This document shows, piece by piece, positions 38,326 through 48,208 of a stretch of 64,000 nt of DNA; position 1 is the stretch's first letter; the number at the start of each line of letters is the position of its first letter. The notes beneath the pieces were generated by a model, which was not told the origin of the DNA, ran no database searches, and was given only the letters and a program-made list of their open reading frames with translations. This DNA is from Desulfobacterales bacterium (GTDB taxonomy: Bacteria; Desulfobacterota; Desulfobacteria; Desulfobacterales; UBA5852), in the NCBI GenBank assembly GCA_963674755.2, contig CAXXVS010000003.1:288001-352000 (forward strand). The letters are read 5' to 3'. Position numbers and translations under genes: made by a program.

Positions 38326-39657
38326 ATGCCATCTGATATGCAAGCCGGACCCAAAAATATCGGCTTTGTGGCGACGCGCTTTGCCGGAACCGACGGCGTA
38401 TCGCTGGAGGCCGCCAAATGGGCCGAGGTGTTGAGCGAAAAGGGGCATCGTTGTTTCTGGTTTGGCGGCGAGCTGGACCGGCCGGCCGCGGTCAGCGAAC
38501 TGGTACCCGAAGCGCATTTCCAGACCGAACGCAACCAGGAGATCATGCAAGCGGTCTTCGGCCACAAGGCCCGCCCCCCGGCCATTACCGATGCCATTCA
38601 TGAATTGCGCCACTACCTGCGCAGCCGCCTGCATGGCTTTATCCGGCGGTTCGACCTGGACATGCTGGTTGTTCAGAACGCCCTGACCATTCCCATGCAG
38701 ATCCCCCTCGGTCTGGCCCTCTCCGAGGTTATCGCCGAAACCCTGATCCCCACCATTGCCCACCACCATGATTTTTACTGGGAGCGGGTGCGCTTCGCGG
38801 TGAATGCGGTGGGCGACTATCTGCGCATGGCGTTTCCACCGCGGCTCAATAACATCGAACATGTGGTCATCAACTCCACCGCCCAGGAGGAGCTGGCCCA
38901 CCGCAAGGGACTCTCATCGGTCATCATTCCCAACGTCCTTAATTTTGCCCACCCGCCGAATTCGCATCTTCCCTCGGACAATGACCTGCGGGCCGGCATC
39001 GGATTGAGCGACGACGATATCATGATCCTGCAACCCACCCGTGTCGTCCAGCGCAAGGGGATCGAACACGCCATCGAACTGGTCAAGGAACTGGACGATC
39101 CCCGCTGCAAACTCGTCATATCCCATGCGGCCGGCGACGAGGGCCTGGAGTATGCGGAGTGGCTGCAGGAAGACGCCCATAAAATGGGCGTCGATCTGCG
39201 TTTTCTGGAAGCCCCGGATAGAGCCACCCATCTGCCGCAACACGACGATTTTCGCCATCTCTCCCTCTGGGATATTTATCCCCATGCCGACTTCATCACC
39301 TATCCCAGCCTCTATGAGGGGTTCGGCAATGCCTTTCTGGAGGCGGTCTATTTCAAGAAGCCCCTGCTCATCAACCGCTATGCCATCTTCGTCAAGGACA
39401 TCGAGCCCCAGGGGTTCGACATGGTCGTCATGGACGGTTTTCTCACCCGCCACAATGTCCAGGCGGTGCGGGAGGTGCTGGCCTCGCCGGAGCGGCGCGC
39501 GCAAATGGTGAACCACAACTACCGGGTGGCGGCGCGCCACTATTCCTATGGTATTCTGCGTGAACGTCTGGGCAGTCTCATGCTGAACTTTTTCGGTATG
39601 GAAAACGGAGCCCTTGATCCCCCGAAGGAACGCTCTTTACAGCGTTGCGGAAAATAG
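38326..39657 (+). CDS. Glycosyltransferase family 4 (MggS-like)
   Basis: RFAGTDGVSLE..KW, HHHDFYWER, QPTRVVQRKGIE, YPSLYEGFGNAFLEA. Confidence 0.8.
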   Translation: MPSDMQAGPKNIGFVATRFAGTDGVSLEAAKWAEVLSEKGHRCFWFGGELDRPAAVSELVPEAHFQTERNQEIMQAVFGHKARPPAITDAIHELRHYLRSRLHGFIRRFDLDMLVVQNALTIPMQIPLGLALSEVIAETLIPTIAHHHDFYWERVRFAVNAVGDYLRMAFPPRLNNIEHVVINSTAQEELAHRKGLSSVIIPNVLNFAHPPNSHLPSDNDLRAGIGLSDDDIMILQPTRVVQRKGIEHAIELVKELDDPRCKLVISHAAGDEGLEYAEWLQEDAHKMGVDLRFLEAPDRATHLPQHDDFRHLSLWDIYPHADFITYPSLYEGFGNAFLEAVYFKKPLLINRYAIFVKDIEPQGFDMVVMDGFLTRHNVQAVREVLASPERRAQMVNHNYRVAARHYSYGILRERLGSLMLNFFGMENGALDPPKERSLQRCGK

Positions 39658-39660
39658 ACG

Positions 39661-42600
39661 ATGCCGGTCAACCTCCAACAAATTCCCGATCCGGACCAAC
39701 GGCTGTTGCTGAGCCGGGGGGATACGGTGACCTTTACCCTGCGCCTGCCCCGTCCGTTGAAGGGACAGGCCTGGCTGCGCGCGAACATCGGCCATGCGGC
39801 CACCATCCGCCAGGAAATCATCCGCCAGGCCGAACGGGATGAAAACCCGCTGGGGCGCGACTGGTACGACCGCCCCATGTCGCCCGTAAACGATGTGGAA
39901 TTCCGCATCGTGGTGCCGCTTCAGCAGGTGGGCCATTTCGAAGCCAAATGTTATTTTCTGGAAGATGGCGGGCATCCCCCCCTCTGGCCCCGGGGCGGCA
40001 ACACCATCGTCAATGTCGAGCCGGCCACCAGCTGTGCGGCCAACATTATTTACAATGCCTTTGTGCGGCAGTTCGGGCCCAATCGGGACGGCCGGGTCGG
40101 CCCGGAGTGGGCCTGTGAGGCCGTCAACGAACTGGATCACAAGCAGTTCACCGTCATTCCCCCTTCGGGCACCTTTCGCGACCTGATCGAGCACCTGGAT
40201 TTTATCATCGGGGAGCTGGGATGCACCATTATCCAACTCCTGCCGATTCACCCGACCCCCACCACCTACGCCCGCATGGGGCGTTTCGGAAGCCCCTATG
40301 CCGCCTTGAGCTTTCTGGATGTGGATCCCGCCCTGGCCCGTTTCGATCCGGCCGCCACCCCCCTGGAACAATTCGGCGAACTGGTGGATGCCGTCCACGC
40401 CCGCGGAGCCCGGATTTTTCTGGATATCGCCATCAATCACACCGGCTGGGCGGCCCGCCTGCACGGCATGCATCCGGAATGGCTGGCCCGGGACGACGGG
40501 GGCCGCATCGAAGTCCCCGGTGCCTGGGGGGTCGAATGGGCGGACCTGACGCGCCTCGATTACGCCCACCGGGACTTGTGGCGCTTCATGGCCAACATGT
40601 TTCTGACCTGGTGCCGCCGGGGAGTGGACGGTTTCCGCTGTGATGCCGGCTACATGATTCCGGAACCGGCCTGGCGCTACATGGTGGCCAAGGTGCGCCG
40701 CCAATTTCCGGATACGATTTTTCTGCTGGAGGGCCTGGGCGGCAAGATATCCGTCACCCGCGCCCTGCTCAATCGGGCCAACTTCAACTGGGCCTACTCG
40801 GAATTGTTCCAGAATTACGACCGCGGCCAGATCGAGTCCTACCTCCCGGGGGCGCTCGACATCGCGTGCACCGACGGATTGACGGTCAACTTTGCCGAAA
40901 CCCACGACAACCTGCGGCTGGCCGCCCGCTCCCAGGAGTGGGCCCGTCTGCGCACGGCCCTGTGCGCCCTGTTTGCCCCCCAGGGCGCCTTTGGGTTTGC
41001 CAACGGCGTGGAATGGTTTGCCACGGAAAAAATCAACGTGCACGACTCGCCCTCGCTCAATTGGGGGGCTGTTCCGAACCAGGTGGCGGTCATTCGCCGT
41101 TTGTCGGATCTGCTCAAACACCACCCCTGTTTCCACGATCAGACCCGGTTGCAATTGATTCAGGCCGACGGGGGCAATGTGGCGGTCATGCTGCGCCACC
41201 ATCAGCCCACACATCAACGTCTGCTGGTGGTGGTCAACCTGGACGACAAGACCCCGGCCACGGCCAGTTGGCTGTCGGAGGCCGCCCCTGAAATGCCTTC
41301 GGAATTGACGGATCTTCTTTCGGGCCGCTCCCTGACGCCCCTTCGGCAGGATGGTTATGTGCGCTGCGACCTGGCGCCCGGGGAGGTATTGTGCCTGGCA
41401 CCCTCTGAAACCGGCTTCACGCCTCCGGAACCGGAGACCGGGGCCTTGATGGCCGCCGTTCCAAGGGTTGAACAGCAACGCCGAAGGGCCAAGGTGCTGG
41501 ATCTGGTAATGCATTGGAACGGCGGCCGATGCGATGGACTGGATATCGACGCTTTAGCGGAAGAGCTGGCGGCGGACCCCCTGGCCCTCTGCCGCCGCCT
41601 GGGCAACGCTGGAAGCGATCCGGGTGTCACCCGCTGGCAATGGCCGCAGGATCTCCATCGGCAGGTCATGATTCCTCCCGGGCACGTGCTGCTGGTGGAG
41701 GCCCCCCACCCTTTTCAGGCGCGCATCGTGCTGAATCGCCGGGTGATCGGCCAGGAAACCTCGCTGGCAGGCCGCGACGCGGGGCATTTTGCCTTCTTTA
41801 CCCTGGGCGAAACGCCCTCGAATACGGTTACCGTGGGGTTGGAACTTTTTCTCTACACGCCCGAAGCCACCGAGCGCTCCCTTACGGACATGCTCCTGCT
41901 GACCGCCGCGGAAAGTATGTCTGTGCGCACCTTATGGCCCCGTCAGGGCCTGCCCGACGCCCCGTTGGTTTGGCTGGGCACCAACGGCCGCGGCGCCATG
42001 AGCCACACCCCGGTCCGCTGGGGTGTTCTTTACAGCCGCTACGATGCCCTGCTGGCCGCCAATCTGAACCCCGAAGTGCCCGAGGACCGCTGGATCATGC
42101 TGACCCGTCTGCGCGCCTGGGTCGTGTTCCAGGGCTACTCCCAGGAAATCCGCCATGACTGTCTGGAATCGTTTCATTACGACGGGCAAAACCGGGCCCG
42201 CTGGCGATTTCACATGCCCACGGGGCAGGGGCAATCCATCCGCCTCACTGTTTCGATCGACATGCCGGAGGCGGCCAATGCCGTCCGGATCGCTTTTGTG
42301 AGGGAGCCGGCCGGTCAGGTGCCCAACGGCCTGCCAGACGATCTGCCGGTTCACCTGATCCTGCGTCCCGATATCGAGGACCGCAATTTTCACGCTACCA
42401 CCAAGGCCTACCTTGGACCTGAAACCGGGTTTCCCGCGGCGGTGACACCCCGGGCCGACGGATTCATCTTTCGGCCGGATTCCGAGCGGCAGCTGCAGCT
42501 GAGCACCACCCTGGGGCATTATGTCCATGAGCCGGAATGGACCTATATGGTCCACCGCCCGCTGGAGGAGGAAAGGGGGCTCGATGCGGCCTCAGACCTA

Positions 42601-43941
42601 TTCAGCCCGGGATACATCACCGCCCCTTTGTCCGGGGGCGCCCGGCAGATTCTCCGGGCCTCCGTTAACGGCCACGACGGGGCCGCCGCCGATAAAGGCG
42701 AGCGTCAGGCCGGCCTTTTGGAAAAATATCGCGATACCGAGTTGGCCCTGCGGCAAGCCATGTCGCAGTTTATCGTCCAGAGAGGATCATTCGCCACGGT
42801 CATCGCCGGTTATCCCTGGTTTCTGGACTGGGGGCGGGATACTTTGATCTTTTGCCGGGGGATGATCGCCGCCGGTATGACCGAAACCGCGGTCAACATC
42901 ATCCGTCAGTTTGCCGCTTTCGAGCAGGACGGCACCCTGCCGAATATGATCCGCGGCAACGACGCCAGTGACCGGGATACATCGGATGCCCCTTTATGGC
43001 TCTTCGTCGTCTGCCGGGACCTGATCCGGAAGGGTCATACCGATATCCTCGATATGCCCTGCGGCGAACGACCCCTCCGGAAGGTCTTGGCCGACCTGGC
43101 CGGGGCCCTGGTTCGGGGTACGCCCAACGGAATTGTCATGGACCATGAATCCGCGCTCCTTTTCAGCCCGGCCCATTTTACCTGGATGGACACGAACTAT
43201 CCGGCCGGTACGCCGCGGGAGGGCTACCCCATCGAAATTCAGGCCTTATGGTTCGCCGCGCTGGATTTCCTGGCGGAATACGGGGACCCGTCCGGCAGGA
43301 CGGAATGGCGCCGGCGGGCCGCGCAGGTTGAAGCCTCCATCAACCGGCTGTATTTTAATGATGACTTGGGGTATCTAGTGGATTGCTTACACGGTCCGAC
43401 CGGCCGGCCGGCTAGGGCCTGCCAGGCCGACGATGCCCTGCGACCCAACCAGCTTTTTGCGATTACCTTGGGGGCCGTTCACGATCCGGCCAAGACCGGG
43501 CGTATCGTTGCGGCGTGCGAGGCATTGATTGTGCCGGGCGCTATCCGCAGCCTGGCCGATCGGCCGGTCAAGATCCCGCTGGCCATCCACCATCAGGGGC
43601 ATCTCTTGAACGATCCCCATCGCCCCTACCAGGGCCGCTACCAGGGGGATGAGGACACCCGGCGCAAGCCCGCCTACCACAACGGTACCGCGTGGACATG
43701 GGTCTTCCCTTCCTTTTGCGAAGCGTGGGATATGGTTCACGGCGCAAGCAGGCGGGCAGCCTGTCGGGCGCTCCTGGCGACATCGGCGGCCTACATGAAT
43801 GGCGGTTGCCTGGGGCATATACCGGAAATCGTGGATGGCAGCAGCCCCCACCAGCCACGGGGCTGCGACGCCCAGGCCTGGTCGGTGAGCGAAGTCTACC
43901 GGGTGTGGCGGCGCTTGAATCACGATGCGGAAGGCGCCTGA
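39661..43941 (+). CDS. Bifunctional glycogen debranching enzyme (GH13 domain plus amylo-alpha-1,6-glucosidase/GH133 domain)
   Basis: GH13 triad DGFRCDAG / LEGL / ETHDN; C-terminal AGYPWFLDWGRDT, TWMD, YHNGTAW, GCDAQAWS. Confidence 0.85.
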   Translation: MPVNLQQIPDPDQRLLLSRGDTVTFTLRLPRPLKGQAWLRANIGHAATIRQEIIRQAERDENPLGRDWYDRPMSPVNDVEFRIVVPLQQVGHFEAKCYFLEDGGHPPLWPRGGNTIVNVEPATSCAANIIYNAFVRQFGPNRDGRVGPEWACEAVNELDHKQFTVIPPSGTFRDLIEHLDFIIGELGCTIIQLLPIHPTPTTYARMGRFGSPYAALSFLDVDPALARFDPAATPLEQFGELVDAVHARGARIFLDIAINHTGWAARLHGMHPEWLARDDGGRIEVPGAWGVEWADLTRLDYAHRDLWRFMANMFLTWCRRGVDGFRCDAGYMIPEPAWRYMVAKVRRQFPDTIFLLEGLGGKISVTRALLNRANFNWAYSELFQNYDRGQIESYLPGALDIACTDGLTVNFAETHDNLRLAARSQEWARLRTALCALFAPQGAFGFANGVEWFATEKINVHDSPSLNWGAVPNQVAVIRRLSDLLKHHPCFHDQTRLQLIQADGGNVAVMLRHHQPTHQRLLVVVNLDDKTPATASWLSEAAPEMPSELTDLLSGRSLTPLRQDGYVRCDLAPGEVLCLAPSETGFTPPEPETGALMAAVPRVEQQRRRAKVLDLVMHWNGGRCDGLDIDALAEELAADPLALCRRLGNAGSDPGVTRWQWPQDLHRQVMIPPGHVLLVEAPHPFQARIVLNRRVIGQETSLAGRDAGHFAFFTLGETPSNTVTVGLELFLYTPEATERSLTDMLLLTAAESMSVRTLWPRQGLPDAPLVWLGTNGRGAMSHTPVRWGVLYSRYDALLAANLNPEVPEDRWIMLTRLRAWVVFQGYSQEIRHDCLESFHYDGQNRARWRFHMPTGQGQSIRLTVSIDMPEAANAVRIAFVREPAGQVPNGLPDDLPVHLILRPDIEDRNFHATTKAYLGPETGFPAAVTPRADGFIFRPDSERQLQLSTTLGHYVHEPEWTYMVHRPLEEERGLDAASDLFSPGYITAPLSGGARQILRASVNGHDGAAADKGERQAGLLEKYRDTELALRQAMSQFIVQRGSFATVIAGYPWFLDWGRDTLIFCRGMIAAGMTETAVNIIRQFAAFEQDGTLPNMIRGNDASDRDTSDAPLWLFVVCRDLIRKGHTDILDMPCGERPLRKVLADLAGALVRGTPNGIVMDHESALLFSPAHFTWMDTNYPAGTPREGYPIEIQALWFAALDFLAEYGDPSGRTEWRRRAAQVEASINRLYFNDDLGYLVDCLHGPTGRPARACQADDALRPNQLFAITLGAVHDPAKTGRIVAACEALIVPGAIRSLADRPVKIPLAIHHQGHLLNDPHRPYQGRYQGDEDTRRKPAYHNGTAWTWVFPSFCEAWDMVHGASRRAACRALLATSAAYMNGGCLGHIPEIVDGSSPHQPRGCDAQAWSVSEVYRVWRRLNHDAEGA

Positions 43942-44024
43942 CGGCGACCGATAGCGGTCAACTTAGAAATTGAAAAACCCGCCCCCCCGGGGCGGCATAC
44001 ATATTCTTTAACGGAGACGAGTTC

Positions 44025-46571
44025 ATGCGCAACATTCAGACTTTTCAGGTGTTTCCCTTTATTCCCGAATCCCTGGCGTTCCTGGAAACCTTGACCCGGA
44101 ACCTGTGGTGGTGCTGGCAGCGGGACGCTTTCGAGCTGTTTCGCCGTATCCACCCCGGCCTGTGGCATCAATGCCAGGGCAACCCCATCCTGTTTTTTAC
44201 CCGCATCCCCCAGGAACGCCTGCAGGAACTCGCCCGGGACAAAAGCTTCATCGCCCACATGGAGCGGGTGCGCCTCCATTTCGAGTCCCAGGTCATGAGT
44301 CCGCCCTCCGAAGACGGGCCCTTTGCGCCCGAGGCGACGATCGGCTATTTTTCAATGGAATTCGGCATGCACGAAAGCGTGCCCCTTTATTCCGGCGGCC
44401 TCGGCATTCTGGCGGGCGACCACCTCAAAGCGGCTTCTGATTTGAGGCTGCCCCTGGTGGGTATCGGGCTATTTTACCGACAGGGATACTTCCGGCAGTT
44501 TTTAAACGACGATGGCTGGCAGCAGGAGACCTACCCCGAGAACGACATTTTTATGCTACCCATCGAAAGGGCCCGAACCCCCGAAGGCCAGGAAATCCTA
44601 GTGCAAGTGGACAGCCCTGACGGCCCCCTTCACGCCATGGCCTGGGAAATTCGCGTCGGCCGCATTCCCCTTTATCTGCTGGACACCAATGTTCGCGAAA
44701 ACCCCCCGGCCCTGCGGGACATCACCGCCCGGCTCTATTCGGGCGGCAGCCGGCGGCGCCTGGCCCAGGAAATCGTTCTGGGAATTGGCGGCATGCGGGT
44801 TTTGGAAAAGCTGAATCGCAATCCCCAGGTGGTTCACATGAACGAGGGACACTCGGCTTTTGCCAGTCTGGAGCGGCTCTCCCAGCTGGTGCAGTCCGAA
44901 GGTCTGGATTTGAAGACCGCCACCCAGGTGTTACCGCGCACCACCGTGTTCACTACCCACACCCCGGTGGCGGCGGGCCACGATGATTTTCCAGTGGATA
45001 TGGTCATGCCCTGCCTGAAACCTTTCGAGGAAAAACTCGGTACCCATGTGGCCGCCATCGTTCGATGGGGTCAGCCCCAGGGCGGTTCTCCCGAGACACC
45101 GCTTTCCATGTTTATTTTGGGCAAGCGCATGTCAGCCTACTGCAACGGCGTCAGTGAGCTGCACGGGGCCGTCGCCCGGCGGATGTGGCACCATCTCTGG
45201 CCCGGGATTCCCGAGGACGAGGTCCCTATCACCCACGTCACCAACGGGGTTCACATTCCCACCTGGACCTCCTCGGAAACCAGCCTGCTGTTCGAACGCT
45301 ATATCGGACCGGACTGGCACTTGGCGGTCGGGACCTCCGACAACGGTCACCGCCTGGAAGAAATGTACGACGAGGAGCTCTGGCACGCCCACGAAATCAA
45401 CCGCGCCCGTCTCATCCGAACCTGCCGACGCCGCATGGCGGACCAATACGGTCGGCGCAACGCCCCCATTACGATTATGAAGGAGATGGAGTCTGTTCTG
45501 GACCAGGACATTTTGACCATTGCCTTTGCCCGCCGGTTTGCCACTTACAAGCGGGCCAATCTTCTGCTGCAAGACCCTGATCGGTTGGAGGCCATGATCA
45601 ATTCGGAGGACCATCCCGTGCAGTTTATCTTTGCCGGCAAGGCCCATCCCCAGGACAACGAAGGCAAGGAATTGATCCGGCGCCTGGTGGAGTTCGGGCG
45701 GCGTCCCGGCATCCGGCACCGATTTATCTTTCTTGAAGACTATGACATGCAGGTCGCCCGGCGGTTTATCCAGGGGGCCGATGTCTGGCTGAACACCCCC
45801 CGCCGGCCGTTTGAAGCCTGCGGCACCTCCGGCATGAAAGCGGCCATCAACGGCGTCCTCAACGTCAGCGTTCTCGACGGGTGGTGGTGTGAAGGCTACC
45901 GGGATGACCGGGGCTGGCGTATCGGCAACGGTGAGGAATTCGAGGATGCCGACTACCAGGACCGCATCGAGGGCCAAGCCCTCTACAATGTTTTGGAAAA
46001 CGAGGTGATCCCCTGTTTTTACGATCGTGAAGCCGGTGGTCTGCCCCTGCGCTGGCTGGCCCGCATGAAGGCCTCCATGAAAATGGCCATGCAGGATTTC
46101 AGCGCCCAGCGCATGGTCAACCAATACAGCACACGCTTCTACACGCAGGCGGTACAACACTATCACGACCTCCTGGCCGATCAGGCCCGGCTGGCCGTGC
46201 AGAAAAGCCAAACCAACGAGCGCCTGACGAAGCTATGGAAGGAAATCGTCATCGATTTCCCGGTGTTGCAAACCGAGGGGACCCTGCGGGTGGGCGACCG
46301 GCTCCAGATCAACGTACTTGTCAATCTGGGTCAGATCAAGCCCGACGAAGTCGATGTGGAACTCTGCTATGGCCCACCCAAAACCGTGGACCGCTTGGAG
46401 GAAACCTATCGCAAAACCATGACCGTTCAGGAGACGCTCAGCGAAAACCGCTATCTTTACAGCTGCTCCCTGCCATGCGATGCAGCCGGTCGCTACGGGT
46501 TTACCGCACGGGTGACACCGAAGGGCGATATCTGGACACGCTATACCCCGGGACTGATCGCCTGGGCCTGA
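44025..46571 (+). CDS. glgP: Alpha-glucan (glycogen) phosphorylase
   Basis: YFSMEFG, YSGGLGILAGD, HMNEGH, ARRFATYKR, EACGTSGMKA, LDGWW. Confidence 0.95.
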   Translation: MRNIQTFQVFPFIPESLAFLETLTRNLWWCWQRDAFELFRRIHPGLWHQCQGNPILFFTRIPQERLQELARDKSFIAHMERVRLHFESQVMSPPSEDGPFAPEATIGYFSMEFGMHESVPLYSGGLGILAGDHLKAASDLRLPLVGIGLFYRQGYFRQFLNDDGWQQETYPENDIFMLPIERARTPEGQEILVQVDSPDGPLHAMAWEIRVGRIPLYLLDTNVRENPPALRDITARLYSGGSRRRLAQEIVLGIGGMRVLEKLNRNPQVVHMNEGHSAFASLERLSQLVQSEGLDLKTATQVLPRTTVFTTHTPVAAGHDDFPVDMVMPCLKPFEEKLGTHVAAIVRWGQPQGGSPETPLSMFILGKRMSAYCNGVSELHGAVARRMWHHLWPGIPEDEVPITHVTNGVHIPTWTSSETSLLFERYIGPDWHLAVGTSDNGHRLEEMYDEELWHAHEINRARLIRTCRRRMADQYGRRNAPITIMKEMESVLDQDILTIAFARRFATYKRANLLLQDPDRLEAMINSEDHPVQFIFAGKAHPQDNEGKELIRRLVEFGRRPGIRHRFIFLEDYDMQVARRFIQGADVWLNTPRRPFEACGTSGMKAAINGVLNVSVLDGWWCEGYRDDRGWRIGNGEEFEDADYQDRIEGQALYNVLENEVIPCFYDREAGGLPLRWLARMKASMKMAMQDFSAQRMVNQYSTRFYTQAVQHYHDLLADQARLAVQKSQTNERLTKLWKEIVIDFPVLQTEGTLRVGDRLQINVLVNLGQIKPDEVDVELCYGPPKTVDRLEETYRKTMTVQETLSENRYLYSCSLPCDAAGRYGFTARVTPKGDIWTRYTPGLIAWA

Positions 46572-46675
46572 TGGATGAGGACGATTCGCGGCGGACCGCT
46601 TATTGAATCGGGGGTGATAGCCCCACCAAAGCCCTCGGGATCGGGGAAGGAGGAGGCCCCCAAAGGGAGATTTTT

Positions 46676-48199
46676 ATGCCAACGCCTTTAAGCAACCCCA
46701 CCGTATTGGTGGTAACCCCTGAAGTCACCTATCTGCCGGAAGGTATGGGCAACATGTCCAACCACCTGACGGCCAAAGCCGGCGGCCTGGCCGATGTATC
46801 CGCCGCTCTGATCAGTGCGTTATTCGACCAGGGCGCCGATGTGCACGTCGCCCTGCCGGACTATCGCGAAATTTTTGCCGCCCAGACGGCGCCGCTTTTA
46901 AAAAACGAATTTCGGCGCATTCGCGACAAGATGCCGGATGAACGCATCCATTTAGCCGAAGACCGCGCCTTTTTCTACATGAACACGGTCTATTCCCATT
47001 ATGGGGCGGATAACATCAAAATCGCCCTGGCGTTCCAGCGCGAAATTATCAACAACATCATGCCCCGCGTCAAACCGGACTTGATCCATTGCAATGACTG
47101 GATGACCGGTCTAATTCCGGCCGCCGCACGGGAAATGGGCATCCCCTGCCTGTTTACCGTTCATAATATCCATACCGTCAAGGCCTTGCTGGCCTACATC
47201 GAAGACCGCGGTGTCGACGCGGCCTATTTCTGGCACCACCTCTACTACGAGAACATGGCAATGGAATATGAGGAAACCCGGGATACCAATCCTGTGGATT
47301 TCCTGGTGAGCGGCATCTTCGGCGCCCATTTCGTGAATACGGTCAGTCCCACCTTTCTCAGGGAAATCGTGGATGGCCATCACCATTTTGTTGCGCCTCA
47401 TATTCGGCAGGAACTGGCCAATAAATACTATGCCGAATGCGCCACCGGGATTCTCAACGCCCCCGATCCATCTTATCGCCCCGAGACGGACGACGCCCTA
47501 GCGCAACCCTATTCCGCCAAGGATCACGCCCGCGGCAAACAAGCCAACAAGCGCTATCTGCAGCGCAGTCTAGGCCTCGTGCCGGACGACCGGGCACCGC
47601 TTTTTTTCTGGCCCCATCGCCTGGACCCGGTGCAGAAGGGCTGTCAGCTGCTGGCCGACATTCTCTACCGGGTGGTATCCCAATACTGGGATCAGCACCT
47701 GCAGATCGTTTTTGTGGCCAATGGCGACTACAAGAACATCTTCCATAATATCGTGGCCTTCCACGAACTTTACGACCGGGTGGCCGTCTGTGGGTTTGAC
47801 GAAACACTGGCCCGGGTGGCCTATGCCGCTTCCGACTTCATGCTGATGCCGTCACGCTTCGAGCCCTGCGGACTGCCCCAGATGATCGGGCCCCTTTACG
47901 GCTGTCTGCCCGTAGCCCACGATACCGGCGGAATTCATGACACCGTCGCCCATCTGTCGCCGGAAACGGATTCGGGCAACGGCTTCCTTTTCGAAACCTA
48001 CGACAGCCCTGGACTTTTCTGGGCCATGGAGCAAGCCATGCTTTTCCATGAATTGCCGGAAGAAACACGGCGTCGACAAATCCAACGCATCATGGAGGAA
48101 AGCGTCAAGACGTTCAATCACGACGTCACCGCTCGTCATTACATGCAGCTTTATGAAAAAATGCTGCATCGCCCCCTGATCGCCGAACGACCCTATTAA
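46676..48199 (+). CDS. glgA: Glycogen synthase (GT5)
   Basis: KAGGLADV, HCNDW, TVHN, TVSPT, QKG, PSRFEPCGL, TGG..DTV. Confidence 0.9.
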   Translation: MPTPLSNPTVLVVTPEVTYLPEGMGNMSNHLTAKAGGLADVSAALISALFDQGADVHVALPDYREIFAAQTAPLLKNEFRRIRDKMPDERIHLAEDRAFFYMNTVYSHYGADNIKIALAFQREIINNIMPRVKPDLIHCNDWMTGLIPAAAREMGIPCLFTVHNIHTVKALLAYIEDRGVDAAYFWHHLYYENMAMEYEETRDTNPVDFLVSGIFGAHFVNTVSPTFLREIVDGHHHFVAPHIRQELANKYYAECATGILNAPDPSYRPETDDALAQPYSAKDHARGKQANKRYLQRSLGLVPDDRAPLFFWPHRLDPVQKGCQLLADILYRVVSQYWDQHLQIVFVANGDYKNIFHNIVAFHELYDRVAVCGFDETLARVAYAASDFMLMPSRFEPCGLPQMIGPLYGCLPVAHDTGGIHDTVAHLSPETDSGNGFLFETYDSPGLFWAMEQAMLFHELPEETRRRQIQRIMEESVKTFNHDVTARHYMQLYEKMLHRPLIAERPY

Positions 48200-48208
48200 G
48201 GTGCGCCC

